From positions 14,322,001 to 14,386,000 of the forward strand of contig OZ038379.1 of NCBI GenBank assembly GCA_964036045.1: 64,000 bases of DNA, in the 5' to 3' direction. This stretch comes from Eutreptiella sp. 'Long Island Sound 2002' (lineage: Eukaryota; Protista; Euglenida). The position numbers and the translations under genes were made by a program. This document shows, one piece after another, positions 63,590 to 64,000 of this stretch. Positions within the stretch are counted from its first letter, which is position 1, and every line of letters starts with the position of its first letter. A model generated the notes under the pieces. That model was given only the letters and a program-made list of their open reading frames with translations. It did no database searches and had not been told where the DNA came from.

Positions 63590-63866
63590 TCACTGTCTTG
63601 GGTCTCAAGACGGCGATGGCGAAACCTCACCCAACCCGCAACGCTGCTTGGGGCCATCGGAAAGACGGCACTCCTCGCCCCTTGACATGCATGACTGCTT
63701 TTTTTGGTGTAAGTGAACGCTGTGCTCCTCGCACAGCGATTGCTGTGCTCCTCGCACCCCATAGTTCCGGTCTTCTTTGTTGGGGGCAGTGCCTCTCTTG
63801 AACCGCCTGCCTTCCGTAGAGACTCACTCCCCTCAATCCGCCCCTTCCTTCTCCCACCCCCTACAG

Positions 63867-63986
63867 CCCACCGAGCATTTGGTGCCATGGGCAGGCCATA
63901 CCCTCAATGCCGAGTGTCTCAATTTCTTCAACGACGTCCATTGCGACGCGCACCAAGGACCGCAACACAGCTTGGTGGAAAAGCAG
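63867..63986 (+). CDS. Probable internal exon of a gene continuing beyond the window
   Basis: Long pyrimidine tract plus ctacag acceptor; 40 open codons PTEHLVPWAGHTLNAECLNFFNDVHCDAHQGPQHSLVEKQ; CAG|gttgga donor. Confidence 0.55.
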
Positions 63987-64000
63987 GTTGGACGCCCAAC

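Overview
Eukaryotic, intron-containing nuclear DNA, not prokaryotic. Evidence: GT-AG splice signals, interstitial TTAGGG and long G/C homopolymers. The style suggests a euglenid-like protist, but that is inference. Three zones. (1) 1-31470 is a head-to-tail array of a ~9.56-kb unit: one partial copy, two full copies and one copy with a ~6.5-kb deletion. The unit is an amplified 3' part of a minus-strand gene that starts just outside the array (~31705) with a LIM zinc finger, a low-complexity linker and a degenerate protein-kinase domain. Each internal junction creates a chimeric in-frame ORF lacking most of the LIM domain. (2) 31.5-52.5 kb is mostly unique. It holds a two-exon glutathione S-transferase, isolated exons of unknown genes, several TIR (MITE-like) elements, a dispersed repeat, a 31-bp minisatellite and a decayed hAT transposase. 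(3) 52476-63589 is a tandem array of a ~1185-bp unit (9 full copies plus a partial) with telomeric repeat and locally templated inverted sequence at the unit junction, and an emerging dimeric higher-order repeat. I found no rRNA, tRNA, SL RNA or CRISPR array. Most ORF-track entries are repeat-derived noise. I cannot support a new multi-gene system; the best leads are the LIM-kinase amplification and the telomere-scarred junction.
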